This document shows positions 10,800 to 20,492 of a stretch of DNA of 64,000 bases, piece after piece (positions within the stretch are counted from its first letter, which is position 1; each line of letters starts with the position of its first letter). The notes under the pieces were generated by a model. That model searched no databases. It worked only from the letters and a program-made list of their open reading frames with translations, and was not told the origin of the DNA. This DNA comes from a virus (lineage: Duplodnaviria > Heunggongvirae > Uroviricota > Caudoviricetes): positions 1 through 64,000 of the IMG/VR virus record IMGVR_UViG_2791355382_000001, one strand, 5' to 3'. The position numbers and the translations under genes were made by a program.

Positions 10800-11636
10800 T
10801 TAGTACCAACCGTGACTTTGCCAGAATTGTTGTGCGCCAGTCCAAGAGCCATAACGACTAGTTACATATTGGTCGGCTACACGTTCTTGATTAGCTGGTG
10901 AGTAATCTCCATTTAAATAAGAAGATGAAAGTTGGTACTTACCAATGTATTGGCCGTTTCTTGCGTTGTAGTTATTGCTGGATTCACGTTGAGCAATCCA
11001 TGCTTTAGCAGCTTGGTCTGAGCCTGATACATTAGATGTGTAACCACTGTTAGCACTAGCTTGCACATTTGATTGCACGTTGTTTGCACTTTGCTTAGCT
11101 TGCCAGTTGTACAAGTTTTGACGATTCTGAATTTGTTGTTGTGTTTGTTGCACTTGCTGATATGGTGTTTGAGCTTGTGCTTGTGTAGAACCTTGTGCGT
11201 TGGCTTGTGCATCGCTTTGTGCTTGCACTTGAGTTTGCGTATCGTCTTGGCTTTGACCTTTTTCTAAATTCAAGACTTGCCCTACTAAAATTAAGTTACC
11301 AGTTAAATGATTGACTGACTTTAGTTCATCAACGCTTAAACCATTAGCTTGAGCAATCTTCCATAGTGAATCCCCAGCCTTAACCGTATAAGTCTTAACG
11401 CTAGATTGAGCGTTGTTATCAACCTTAAGTTCTTGACCTGGATAAATTTTATTTACATCTTGTAAGTTATTGTTAATCTTTAGGCTCTCAACCGTTGTTC
11501 CAGCTTTATTTGCGATTTGTGACAAAGTATCTCCACTTTTGACCGTAACTTGGTCGGCATTAGCCTTAGAACTTACTGAAATAGCAGCACCTACCATCGC
11601 ACTAGACATTAATAAACCTTTATAAATATTCTTCAT
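10800..11636 (-). CDS. secreted LysM-domain peptidoglycan-binding protein with C-terminal Apf/transglycosylase-like domain
   Basis: Signal peptide MKNIYKGLLMSSAMVGAAISVSSKANA (start trimmed to the ATG at 11636, which has a GGAGGG RBS). Two LysM repeats, a Q/A-rich linker, and the C-terminus ESSNNYNARNGQYIGKYQLSSSYLNGDYSPANQERVADQYVTSRYGSWTGAQQFWQSHGWY, paralogous to the C-terminus of the 58728..60269 product. Confidence 0.75.
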   Translation of the reverse strand: MKNIYKGLLMSSAMVGAAISVSSKANADQVTVKSGDTLSQIANKAGTTVESLKINNNLQDVNKIYPGQELKVDNNAQSSVKTYTVKAGDSLWKIAQANGLSVDELKSVNHLTGNLILVGQVLNLEKGQSQDDTQTQVQAQSDAQANAQGSTQAQAQTPYQQVQQTQQQIQNRQNLYNWQAKQSANNVQSNVQASANSGYTSNVSGSDQAAKAWIAQRESSNNYNARNGQYIGKYQLSSSYLNGDYSPANQERVADQYVTSRYGSWTGAQQFWQSHGWY

Positions 11637-11820
11637 AAAATCCCTCCATTGAATTATTGCAAAATATAGATAATAACTGTTGTGATAAGGATCTTGTCCC
11701 AACTTACGTCAATCGCCCCAAACAACCGTAAAAATATGATTAGTAAAATCGTTAGGTAAGCGATGATGTGACAAAGCTCCTTGATGAAATAAATCTTCTT
11801 ATTACTCATAGCAACGCAGC

Positions 11821-12060
11821 TTACTCTAAGTTTTCAGCTGGCACTTGAAGTTGTCTGTTGGTATAAAGCGGTACTACACCTTTCTTAGATAAAGTAAATG
11901 CCACTGCTCGAATATTGTGTGCTTCAATGTGTTGTACCATTTGAATACCTTGTTCTGTCTTAGGAGCTTCTGGATCAACAAAGTTAGAACCTAGGCTTGC
12001 TCCTTCTTCAGCTGTTAATAAGTATTCTCCATCGTTAATATCTCTTTTAAGTAAAATCAT
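11821..12060 (-). CDS. hypothetical protein (79 aa)
   Basis: ORF only. Confidence 0.3.
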   Translation of the reverse strand: MILLKRDINDGEYLLTAEEGASLGSNFVDPEAPKTEQGIQMVQHIEAHNIRAVAFTLSKKGVVPLYTNRQLQVPAENLE

Positions 12061-12121
12061 GTTTTATCCTTCTTTCTTGTTGTTATATTTTTGTTGATAA
12101 AGAAAATCAAAATACGATTAT

Positions 12122-12559
12122 TTAGGCTAATAAAATACCTTCACTTACTTGCTTACGATAGGCTTGGTCGTACCATGTTATCAGGTTGATTTGCATGTTT
12201 TCTTCATCGCTTACTTCTCTTAGATTTCCCTTGTATTTAACTTGTAGATAATAGATGAAAGTTTCACCATCTTCTACAAACTTCCAGCCTTGCATCTTTT
12301 CTAGCTTAGCTGTGTCTACTGCGTCCCACATTTTCTTAATGCGTTTGTCATTGTTTTGATTAATAAAGATATACAGTTTAGCTTGTGTTGACTCAGATTG
12401 ATCTTTTAAGTTCTTAACCAACGAATTTACAATCGTGGCATAATGCTTAGCTATTCTCAAATGGACTTCAACTGCTTTGGATTTTTGATAGTTATTTTCT
12501 TCCATGATTTTGTTGAACCAACGCTCGGTTGTCATGTAATAATAATCTGGTTTTTCCAT
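12122..12559 (-). CDS. hypothetical protein (145 aa)
   Basis: ORF with an RBS. No motif recognised. Confidence 0.4.
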   Translation of the reverse strand: MEKPDYYYMTTERWFNKIMEENNYQKSKAVEVHLRIAKHYATIVNSLVKNLKDQSESTQAKLYIFINQNNDKRIKKMWDAVDTAKLEKMQGWKFVEDGETFIYYLQVKYKGNLREVSDEENMQINLITWYDQAYRKQVSEGILLA

Positions 12560-12571
12560 TTTTTCTACCTA

Positions 12572-13042
12572 TTATATAGGATAGTTATTAAGCAATTTTC
12601 TAACGTCCTTTGGAGTGTTATTAACCAGCTCTTTTGAACCTAAATCAATCTTTTGACCTTTCTTGAAACCTTGCTTTTTGCTTAGGTTTCTTGCAGCGTC
12701 ATAATCAACCTTTTTAACTTTGCCTGTATCACTTTTTACAATAATGTTATCCTTATTAACTCCTTGCACGGTATACACAACTGGTTTACTGTAAGCTGAG
12801 GCAAACGCTGAACTTACTCCTAAATAAAAACCAGTCGCTAATCCTGCTAAAACCATAATAGTAACAGTGAGTACCTTCATTGGCTTTACCGTGTACTTAA
12901 CAATCGGTCTAGCTTTACGTCTATCGAACTTTTGAAAAAGCAATAACGCTATTGCTAGTACCAACAACCCACAAGATACGTAGGTCAAGATGTAAACTAA
13001 GCTATGTGCGCTAATTGCTAGGTTTGCTATACTGTTGGGCAT
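12572..13042 (-). CDS. membrane protein (156 aa, 2-3 TM)
   Basis: Hydrophobic N-terminal half. Confidence 0.45.
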   Translation of the reverse strand: MPNSIANLAISAHSLVYILTYVSCGLLVLAIALLLFQKFDRRKARPIVKYTVKPMKVLTVTIMVLAGLATGFYLGVSSAFASAYSKPVVYTVQGVNKDNIIVKSDTGKVKKVDYDAARNLSKKQGFKKGQKIDLGSKELVNNTPKDVRKLLNNYPI

Positions 13043-13045
13043 AAC

Positions 13046-13189
13046 TCACCACCACCTTTCTAAAACTTCTTGATGGAGTTCATCAAGTTTTTCGTTTAGC
13101 TCTTTCCAAGCTTGTTTTAGCTCAATGATTGCTTCTTTTAACTCTTGTAAGCTTTGTTTGAACAACGCTTTTGGATCTTGATCTGGCAT
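13046..13189 (-). CDS. small coiled-coil protein (47 aa; MPDQDPKALFKQSLQELKEAIIELKQAWKELNEKLDELHQEVLERWW)
   Basis: Not in the ORF track because it is under 60 aa. Tandem paralogue of the next small ORF; the two DNA copies align over about 130 bp. Confidence 0.4.
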   Translation of the reverse strand: MPDQDPKALFKQSLQELKEAIIELKQAWKELNEKLDELHQEVLERWW

Positions 13190-13193
13190 AAGT

Positions 13194-13331
13194 TCACCTG
13201 CTTTCTAAAATATGATTCAGCTCATCAAGCTGTTTATTCAGCCCTTTGATAGATTGTTTTAGCTCAACAGCTGCTTTTTCCGACTCTTTTAAGCCCTGTA
13301 TAAATTCTTCTCTTGGGTTTTGATCTGGCAT
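13194..13331 (-). CDS. small coiled-coil protein (45 aa; MPDQNPREEFIQGLKESEKAAVELKQSIKGLNKQLDELNHILESR)
   Basis: Internal ATG of the called ORF 13194..13406. The upstream part of that call overlaps the flotillin gene's 3' end. Paralogous to 13046..13189. Confidence 0.4.
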   Translation of the reverse strand: MPDQNPREEFIQGLKESEKAAVELKQSIKGLNKQLDELNHILESR

Positions 13332-13347
13332 AAATCCACGTTCTTTC

Positions 13348-14706
13348 TTACTCTTGACTTGGCTCTTCTGTAACTGGAACTTGACCTTCGATAGTTCTTG
13401 TTCCAACTGCTTGTTTTTGCATGTAATCAGCTAAGTCAATACCTGTTGCTTGCTTAACAAAACTTAGAGTTTCACTTAACCCAGCTACACTTTGACGACC
13501 AACACCGTCAGCACCGTCAAATACAGTTAGACTATCAATGTTAGCAACTGATTGAGCAAAGCTATCAGCAATCTGTGGTAAAGCGTCAATAATAGCCTTT
13601 TGCAATGCGTATTGTCCGTTCTTTTCCAAAGCTTCTGCCAAAGCTTTTTGAGCGTCAGCTTGAGCTTTACCTTCTTTAGTAATCTTTTCAGAATTAGCTT
13701 CAGCTAATACCTTAGTTTGATTGGCTTGAGCTTCAGTTTCAATCTGGATTTGTTCAGCTTTTGCTTTACTGTCGATAACCAATGCTTGAGCGTCTGCTTT
13801 TTGCTTAGTAATAATAGTAGCTTGGTATTGAGTTTCATTGGTTTTAACCAACTTTTCGTTAACGTATTGTTGTTGTTCTACTTCAGCAATTTTGTAAGCA
13901 TTGTCAGCTACAGCTTGTTGTTTCTTAACTTCAGCTGTATATTCAGCCTTAGCTAAATCGGTGTCACGTTGATTTTGAGCAATTAACTTGTCAGCTTCTA
14001 GTTTAGCCTTTTGTGCTTCTTGTGCGTTTTGGGCTTCGACCAAAGTAGCTTCCTTATCAGCTACAGCTTGAGCTTGACGTGCTTTAGACTTTTTATCAGC
14101 CACTTCTTGAGCAGATAACGATTCAAAATAACCTTCATCATCATTAATATCTTTGATTTGGAAAGCTGTAATCTCTAACCCCATATTAGAAAATGTTTCT
14201 TCAATACCAGCCACAACTTCTTCTCTAAACTTAGCTCTATCGTTAGCTTCTTGTGGAGTTAATCCTGAAAGTACTTCACGAACACCACCATAAACTACTT
14301 GTTTCATTTGATTTTCTCTTTCTTCTTCGTCTAAGCCTAAAATCTTTTCTGACGCTGTGGCAATCATGTCTGGTGTAGAACCAACTCTTAATACAGCATT
14401 GGCAGAAGCGTTAACCTTAACCATGCCTTTCGTCATCACGTTCCTCACATCAACATCAACATTAAATGTATCAAGACTTTGTACAAATCCTTGTTGAACA
14501 ACTGGAATGATGAACGTTCCGCCACCTTTAACAACTTTGATTCTGGTATTTGTATCTTTGTTTTCTTGGACATAAGGGCCTGTTAGTAACGCACCTGTTA
14601 CTAACAGAACCTCATTTGGAGCCACTTTTTTGTACGAATTAAGTAAAACAATAACTATTCCAACTACTAAAACAACTAATAATCCTAAACCTATCATATG
14701 TAACAT
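13348..14706 (-). CDS. flotillin-like SPFH/band-7 domain protein
   Basis: 452 aa. N-terminal TM, an SPFH-like core, then a long A/Q/E/K-rich coiled-coil, as in the FloT/YuaG family. Confidence 0.7.
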   Translation of the reverse strand: MLHMIGLGLLVVLVVGIVIVLLNSYKKVAPNEVLLVTGALLTGPYVQENKDTNTRIKVVKGGGTFIIPVVQQGFVQSLDTFNVDVDVRNVMTKGMVKVNASANAVLRVGSTPDMIATASEKILGLDEEERENQMKQVVYGGVREVLSGLTPQEANDRAKFREEVVAGIEETFSNMGLEITAFQIKDINDDEGYFESLSAQEVADKKSKARQAQAVADKEATLVEAQNAQEAQKAKLEADKLIAQNQRDTDLAKAEYTAEVKKQQAVADNAYKIAEVEQQQYVNEKLVKTNETQYQATIITKQKADAQALVIDSKAKAEQIQIETEAQANQTKVLAEANSEKITKEGKAQADAQKALAEALEKNGQYALQKAIIDALPQIADSFAQSVANIDSLTVFDGADGVGRQSVAGLSETLSFVKQATGIDLADYMQKQAVGTRTIEGQVPVTEEPSQE

Positions 14707-14722
14707 TTAACCAAATCCTTTC

Positions 14723-15037
14723 TTAGATAACCCTAATGCAATAGCCAACGCTTGTCCCAGCCCATTTGGCTTTTTCTAATAACTGCTTTTCAGATAATTG
14801 ACGCACGGAAGCAATAAAATACGAACCAATATGATAATCTGTCTTAGCAGATTTTGATAATTGTCGTACTAACCATCGGTATTTCCTAACAGTTAGTATT
14901 TCGTATCGCCAGTTAGTTACGTCCATACTATCGTCCACTCTTGGTTCAGGATCGACATAGTACTCTGTTTTCTTGGTTAGTCTATGCCTAGTACCAACGT
15001 ATAGATACTTGTTTCCTTTATAGGTAATTTCACCCAT
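14723..15037 (-). CDS. hypothetical protein (104 aa)
   Basis: ORF whose start overlaps the methylase gene's stop. Confidence 0.4.
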   Translation of the reverse strand: MGEITYKGNKYLYVGTRHRLTKKTEYYVDPEPRVDDSMDVTNWRYEILTVRKYRWLVRQLSKSAKTDYHIGSYFIASVRQLSEKQLLEKAKWAGTSVGYCIRVI

Positions 15038-15579
15038 TACATCACTTTCCTTTCAACTGTTACGATTGTATCGTTATGCCAACCTCCATGAGCCACCAGC
15101 AAGATCTCTTGTATTTCAAAGCCATGCTTTTTGCCTATTCCACCGCTATTCCAAGCGCAACTTATAACGTAGCCACCAACTTTGACAATACGTGCAATCT
15201 CTTGCTTTTGCTTACTCCAGTAACTGCTTTGAGTTGTGGCCATGTTAACGCTCATATCTAACAGCTTGTAGGACTCGCTTACCTGCCTTGGTGAGTACGG
15301 CGGATCGTATAAGACCAAATCTACAGAATTAGCTTTGAGTTGTTTGAGAAAATCTAATGCGTCTAAGTGATAGTCGGTATCGTACTGTGAATCCAAGTCG
15401 TTAGTAATAGTTGCTAACTTGTTTGCATTAGCAAATGGATCAACTATAACCTTATCTTCGCTTAGATACCTGTGTATCAGTTCGTTAATAGGCTTGATGG
15501 TAAATGTGTTCTTGTTAGGCATGGCCCATTTCCTTGTTATCTTCAGATCATCGCCTCCCTTATTTTTCCTTATCTTCAT
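15037..15579 (-). CDS. small orphan DNA methyltransferase (N6-adenine/N4-cytosine class, DPPY motif)
   Basis: 180 aa with motif IV VLYDPPYSP. Such small orphan MTases are common on conjugative plasmids and phages. Confidence 0.6.
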   Translation of the reverse strand: MKIRKNKGGDDLKITRKWAMPNKNTFTIKPINELIHRYLSEDKVIVDPFANANKLATITNDLDSQYDTDYHLDALDFLKQLKANSVDLVLYDPPYSPRQVSESYKLLDMSVNMATTQSSYWSKQKQEIARIVKVGGYVISCAWNSGGIGKKHGFEIQEILLVAHGGWHNDTIVTVERKVM

Positions 15580-15877
15580 CTTCGTAGTCTATATCTTCGT
15601 AAAAATATTCATCTTTATACTTACCTTTGTTGTGTGATTTTGAGTAGATTGTGTAAATTAACGATAGTATCACACCAAGTACAAACACACAAATAAACAT
15701 AGCAATGAAAAAGATAATACCTACAATAGTTTTAACCAAACCTATGCTAAATACCATTGTTGCAATCAACGAAACCAAAATTGCTAGAATAATAATGGGA
15801 AGAAGCACGAAAACAGTAAACACTTCCAAACACTCAAGATTAAACGCTTCACGAAGAAAGTTCTTTAATTTGTTCAT
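15560..15877 (-). CDS. small membrane protein with an acidic C-terminus
   Basis: 105 aa; two TM helices then the tail EDIDYEDEDKEK. Confidence 0.4.
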   Translation of the reverse strand: MNKLKNFLREAFNLECLEVFTVFVLLPIIILAILVSLIATMVFSIGLVKTIVGIIFFIAMFICVFVLGVILSLIYTIYSKSHNKGKYKDEYFYEDIDYEDEDKEK

Positions 15878-16050
15878 TTTGTCACCTGCTTTTCTATCTT
15901 TTACCCAGCGTCAAGCTAAACAATTCCATGCGCTTTTGATATTCTGCAATTTCACTTTCAGATAACACTTCATCAACGTCAGTTACTGGAATTGACTTAG
16001 GACATAGCTCGTACGTGCCATAACACTCCAGTAAATCCCTGTACGTTACT

Positions 16051-16320
16051 TTATTCATCAGTTTCAGCAACCTTTGCTAGAGTAATAAGAGCCGCAACCG
16101 TAGCAAAAAGTAAAAGTAACATTTTAGGTAAAAGCAAAGCTGGGCCGAAGATTAAAGCAAAAATGATTTTTCCTATATAATTCCATTCAACAGCGATGAA
16201 AGCTACAAATCCTGCTAGAATCCCAACTACTATTAACGCTTGGACTATCCTATCTTTCATTGTTAACCCCTTCTTTCTAATCATCTGTGTACCTAACTTC
16301 AACCAATTCATTATCTTCAA
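16051..16320 (-). CDS. small membrane protein
   Basis: 89 aa, two TM helices. Confidence 0.35.
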   Translation of the reverse strand: MKIMNWLKLGTQMIRKKGLTMKDRIVQALIVVGILAGFVAFIAVEWNYIGKIIFALIFGPALLLPKMLLLLFATVAALITLAKVAETDE

Positions 16321-16906
16321 CGCTAATGTCTAGGTTATCTTCATATTTTTTGATGTAACGGTAGAGTGGGTGTCTAACCACACTACTCTCATCAGTTGCA
16401 CCTTCAAAAAAGTCAAAGTGTAAGGTTACCGCAATTTCACCTTGATCGACTAAGGCAAAGTTGATGAACTCTTGGTTCAACTCATTAACCAGCTCTTGTC
16501 TATCCTTGTTTTTATCAGCCGTTTCCTTGATTTTCAAAGCTGGAACGAAAACACCAACCCTAACTAGTTCTTTAGGCTCTTTCCAGCTAACAACAAAGGT
16601 TTGCTTACCACCTACAAACGAACTTTGTGTAAAGCTCATAGTAAAACCTCTTGAAATAACTTCGTCATACAATGGTTCGACAAAAGAATCTAAGTCTAGT
16701 TCATACAAGTCTATTCTTTGTTTGCCTAAGCTGTAATCATCAATGCTAAACCAAAGTTTGTGATAGTTGATCTCGATTTCGTATAAACCTAACTCAGCAG
16801 CTAGTTTAGCTTGATCAGTAATTTTATTAGCTAATGTTTCAACAATGAAACGACTTCTAGCCACGTCTGAATTTTTTGTAATGTCATCTAAATTAAAAAT
16901 ACTCAT
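16277..16906 (-). CDS. hypothetical protein (209 aa)
   Basis: ORF in the operon between the replication genes and the membrane proteins. Confidence 0.4.
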   Translation of the reverse strand: MSIFNLDDITKNSDVARSRFIVETLANKITDQAKLAAELGLYEIEINYHKLWFSIDDYSLGKQRIDLYELDLDSFVEPLYDEVISRGFTMSFTQSSFVGGKQTFVVSWKEPKELVRVGVFVPALKIKETADKNKDRQELVNELNQEFINFALVDQGEIAVTLHFDFFEGATDESSVVRHPLYRYIKKYEDNLDISVEDNELVEVRYTDD

Positions 16907-16920
16907 CTAATCCCTCTTTC

Positions 16921-18153
16921 TTATTCAGCATCTACTTCTTTAAACAACATATATTGTCCGTCAAAATAGTAAGTAATATCTCCAAGTTGACCTTCACGGT
17001 TCTTTTTAATGGACAACTTAACCACTGACCTATCGTCTTCGTCAGGTCGATACAAGAAAGCAACCACGTTACTGTCTTGTTCAATTGAGCCTGATTCTCT
17101 AAGGTCAGACAACATTGGTTCTTTGACCTGTCTACTCTCGACTCCACGGTTTAATTGAGCCAAAGCCACAATTGGTATGTTATACTCGTTAGCCAAAATC
17201 TTAAGTTCTCGTGTAATTTGACCTACTTGAATCCAGCGATCCTGGCGACTATTAACTTTAACTAAACCGATATAATCAACGATTGCTACATATTTATTAG
17301 GCTTAGACTTAGCAGCGTTTTTCCTAATTACATTAACAATTCCGCTGAGGTTTAAGATACGGTCATAAATTCTTAGTTTGTGGTTTCTAACCCAGTTAAT
17401 GCCATCGCTTATAAGCCTAGTAATTGCTAAGGTTAGTTCATTTGAAGGGTTTTTCAATCTCATGCTTGATACTTTAGCTTGACGTGAAATGAAACGATTG
17501 AGCATCTCACGTTTGTTCATTTCTAGGGTAAAAAAGTCAACTTGGACTTCTGGATCTCGCTCTAGGATTTGGTAGGCAAGGTTCACTGCATAAGCTGTCT
17601 TACCAACGCTTGGTCTAGCACCGATTGTAAAGAGCATAGATCCATACAAACCACCAGCTAAAAGTTCGTCTAACTTAGGGTAACTCTTAACACCAACTGG
17701 TTGATTAGTAGTTAGGCGAACTTTTAACTCTTCAATGGCATCGTCTAACTCACCGTTGTCTTCTTCTTCGTCAACTCTAGTTAGCTCTGTAATCGCATTT
17801 GATAAATTGTCTAACTCTTGTTTAGTTTTTGAGTTTTGATAGGCTTGCATACCAAGTTCTAAGTTTCGTTCAGCATAAGCTTTATGTATAGACTTAAGAT
17901 CACTGCTTAGATTAGCGCTAGTAATAGACATTCCTTGTAGTTGAATCAAGTCAGAATATTTAATTGTGCTTTTGCTTTGAACTTCATTGAAAACATTAAT
18001 CAATGAGCGTTCGTTTGGGTCTAGCGTACATAAAGCGTCTATTACACACCTGACGTTAAAGCTTTCAAACCACTTAGGGTCAACGTAGTTTGCTTCTAAT
18101 AATTCAGGCCGATTTAATAGTACTGCTGCGACTCTTAGCTCTAGCTCTTTCAA
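16921..18153 (-). CDS. DnaB-like replicative helicase (RecA-fold C-terminal domain)
   Basis: Walker A GARPSVGKTAYAVNLA and the DnaB-C-like region FFTLEMNKREMLNRFISRQAKV...IVALAQLNRGVESR. Its start overlaps the upstream initiator gene by 50 nt. Confidence 0.75.
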   Translation of the reverse strand: MKELELRVAAVLLNRPELLEANYVDPKWFESFNVRCVIDALCTLDPNERSLINVFNEVQSKSTIKYSDLIQLQGMSITSANLSSDLKSIHKAYAERNLELGMQAYQNSKTKQELDNLSNAITELTRVDEEEDNGELDDAIEELKVRLTTNQPVGVKSYPKLDELLAGGLYGSMLFTIGARPSVGKTAYAVNLAYQILERDPEVQVDFFTLEMNKREMLNRFISRQAKVSSMRLKNPSNELTLAITRLISDGINWVRNHKLRIYDRILNLSGIVNVIRKNAAKSKPNKYVAIVDYIGLVKVNSRQDRWIQVGQITRELKILANEYNIPIVALAQLNRGVESRQVKEPMLSDLRESGSIEQDSNVVAFLYRPDEDDRSVVKLSIKKNREGQLGDITYYFDGQYMLFKEVDAE

Positions 18154-19081
18154 TACGCTCGACTTCCTTTCTTATTACTTCGTCTGTTTTAAGTACGTCT
18201 GGGTTTTCTTCAACGTAAGCCAAAATGCTACGATCGTCTTCACTAATCTCTGGCTCATCGTTTTTCTTAGGCTTTGGCTTAACCTTTTTTCTAGCTTGCT
18301 TTTTAGCTTGCTTTTCTTCCCATTCTTTAGCGTCTTGCAAATAGTTGTCAAAATGCTTAGGTATAAACAAGGTATCAGGTTTTAAATAACGCTTCATCTT
18401 ATCGTTATCCTTCCACTCATTTACCTTGAACCTAGTAATTAAGTAAAAGTCATCTTCTTTAAACCCTTCGTTTAACCTAGCTCTAATTAACTTGCGCTTA
18501 TCTTCTGTATTACGGAAGTTTTTGCCTGTAATCTCGTTAAACCAATCAATAAACTTAGCGTAATCGAAGTTATACTTATCTTTTACATTAGCGCTTGGCT
18601 CAGCTTTAGCTTTAGTTTCAGTTTTAGTTTTGGCCGAAGTTTCAACTTGACTAGCTTTAGTTTTGCTTTCGACCTTAGCTTGAACTTTAGCTTCGGCTTG
18701 AACTTTAGCCTCAGTGTTTGCATTAGCGTTAGTAGAAACTTCTGGCATAACGTTACTTAACTTGTTTAATTCTTCGTAGTTAATACGATACCAATTCGTT
18801 TTATCAAACTTCTTCTTATTATAGTTTCCGATTATAAGCAAGTTTTTGTCTTTGAGTTTCTTAAACTTTCGATCTAGGCTTCGTTTTGACAACCATGGAA
18901 ACTGTTTTTGCCATTCGTCCATGCTGTTATAAACCCAGCTATAACCGTCAACAACATTCATATTCTTTTGCGTCCAATAGTGAATTTGCTGTAAGATTGC
19001 AGCTTCATCTAAGTCGCCTAAAGCTACAGCTAACGATGGTAAAATCACTAAGGGACGTTCATCAAAAAGTAAATTGTTCAT
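18104..19081 (-). CDS. replication initiator / replisome-organiser (phage_rep_org_N-like wHTH), lysine-rich C-terminus
   Basis: N-terminal segment ILQQIHYWTQKN...WVYNSMDEWQKQFPWLSKRSLDRKFKKLKDKNLLI is typical of firmicute phage/plasmid replisome organisers. An internal A/K/E/V repeat stretch (EAKVQAEAKVQAKVESK) follows. The helicase gene lies immediately downstream. Confidence 0.6.
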   Translation of the reverse strand: MNNLLFDERPLVILPSLAVALGDLDEAAILQQIHYWTQKNMNVVDGYSWVYNSMDEWQKQFPWLSKRSLDRKFKKLKDKNLLIIGNYNKKKFDKTNWYRINYEELNKLSNVMPEVSTNANANTEAKVQAEAKVQAKVESKTKASQVETSAKTKTETKAKAEPSANVKDKYNFDYAKFIDWFNEITGKNFRNTEDKRKLIRARLNEGFKEDDFYLITRFKVNEWKDNDKMKRYLKPDTLFIPKHFDNYLQDAKEWEEKQAKKQARKKVKPKPKKNDEPEISEDDRSILAYVEENPDVLKTDEVIRKEVERIERARAKSRSSTIKSA

Positions 19082-19086
19082 TGCAT

Positions 19087-19356
19087 CTATTCTTCCCCCT
19101 TACGTTGACTAAGAGTTGCATTTTGTATTTCTTTTCTAAAATAAGGGGTTGCACTAATCCTTACTTTAGAGCCACTAGCAAGCTTTTTTAGTCTGAGTTT
19201 ACCTAACATTCCTAAATATACAATCTCGCCGTTTAGTACACCCTCTTGGATATGCTTGTCGTAAGATTGTAGGATTGTTGCGACAACATCAGGATCAAGC
19301 CCAGTATCTTGGCTGACGTCTTTGATTAACTTTTCTCGTGATAACAGTTGCACCAC
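19087..19356 (-). CDS. small DNA-binding-like protein (89 aa)
   Basis: Basic; shows the G-x-LGKLRLKK pattern. Located upstream of the replication genes. Function unassigned. Confidence 0.3.
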   Translation of the reverse strand: MVQLLSREKLIKDVSQDTGLDPDVVATILQSYDKHIQEGVLNGEIVYLGMLGKLRLKKLASGSKVRISATPYFRKEIQNATLSQRKGEE

Positions 19357-19608
19357 CTTCGTTCGTGAAGAAATCTATAATACAATTCTATCATGAAGAA
19401 GAGCCTAAGGGTTGTGAAATTTCATTAAAAATAGTTTACAAAAAGCATGGAAAAACAATTGCCTAACGGTTGGAGGCAACTTAGCTCCAAATGTTTTTGT
19501 GGCTTAATTCATTTAGATATGTATATAAAAAGTAGCATTTTATCGTTGTATCTCAAGACATAAGTTGCTAAAATGTATTGTAGAGAAAATAATTTTGAGG
19601 TAATTAAA

Positions 19609-20490
19609 ATGAACAAAAATGACAAGAAGTTATCAGCTTTAATTAAAAACCGCAAACAAGCTTTTAGCCTCACAATTGGTAACCAAAAAGGTGGAGTTGG
19701 TAAAACCGCTAGTTCCGTTATTTTAGCTTACCTATTAGCTAAAAAAGGTTTTAAAGTCTTAGTCGTTGACCTTGACCCTCAAGCTAATGCAACCAAAATG
19801 CTTATTAATACTGGTATGCGTCAAGCACAAGAACAAGGAGTTGAAAAAGACTTTAGCTTTAATAAGACCTTGCTTGATGCTATTTTAGAAAAAAACATTG
19901 ACAATACAATTATTAATATTATCGACAACCTTGATATTGTGCCTTCTGATGATTCGTTTGAAGACTTTGCTCGATATGTTTATTTAAACTCTGGAGCTAA
20001 AGATGATTATAGTTTCGATCATATCTTAGAACCATTATTTGCAGACATTAAACCAAAGTATGATTTCATCGTTTTAGATACTCCCCCTTCTAACAAGGAA
20101 ATTAGATCTAATGCGGTTGTAATGACTGACTACGTTTTAATCAGCTTACAAACTCAAGATGATTCACTAGCTGGGGCTAACCTTTATATCTCAGCTTTAG
20201 TCGACTTGAAACAAAAGTATGACCTACCTGTTGAAGTCGTTGGTGTACTCGCTACTTTAAACGATCCTAGAAACACGGTAGACAAGCTCGTGCTTAAACG
20301 TGCGATTGAACTCTTTAGCGATGAAGTTGTCTTTAAGCACGTCTTACCTAATATGTCACGTATGAAACGATTCCCTATTCAAGGGGTAGGTACATCAGAT
20401 CGTTTCGACAAGTACGTCTTAGATGAGTATGAAGTTGTGGCCAACGAATTGATTAGCAAAATTTTATTTTATGAAGAAGGGGAAGACTAA
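19609..20490 (+). CDS. parA: ParA/Soj-family partition ATPase
   Basis: Deviant Walker A GNQKGGVGKTASSV. Start trimmed to the ATG at 19609 (MNKNDKK...), which has a GAGG RBS. A putative sigma-A promoter (TTGCTA...TAATTT) lies around 19563-19598. Confidence 0.85.
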   Translation: MNKNDKKLSALIKNRKQAFSLTIGNQKGGVGKTASSVILAYLLAKKGFKVLVVDLDPQANATKMLINTGMRQAQEQGVEKDFSFNKTLLDAILEKNIDNTIINIIDNLDIVPSDDSFEDFARYVYLNSGAKDDYSFDHILEPLFADIKPKYDFIVLDTPPSNKEIRSNAVVMTDYVLISLQTQDDSLAGANLYISALVDLKQKYDLPVEVVGVLATLNDPRNTVDKLVLKRAIELFSDEVVFKHVLPNMSRMKRFPIQGVGTSDRFDKYVLDEYEVVANELISKILFYEEGED

Positions 20491-20492
20491 CT

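Noticed and set aside
2099-11267. Antisense or embedded ORFs (2099..2350, 2802..3020, 3390..3779, 3740..3949, 5640..5825, 7353..7778, 8700..8954, 9629..9907, 10913..11212, 11073..11267)
   Set aside because: All lie inside, and antisense to, well-supported longer genes (wzx, glf, FtsK-like, LysM protein). They have low-complexity or hydrophobic translations and no RBS. Treated as shadow ORFs.
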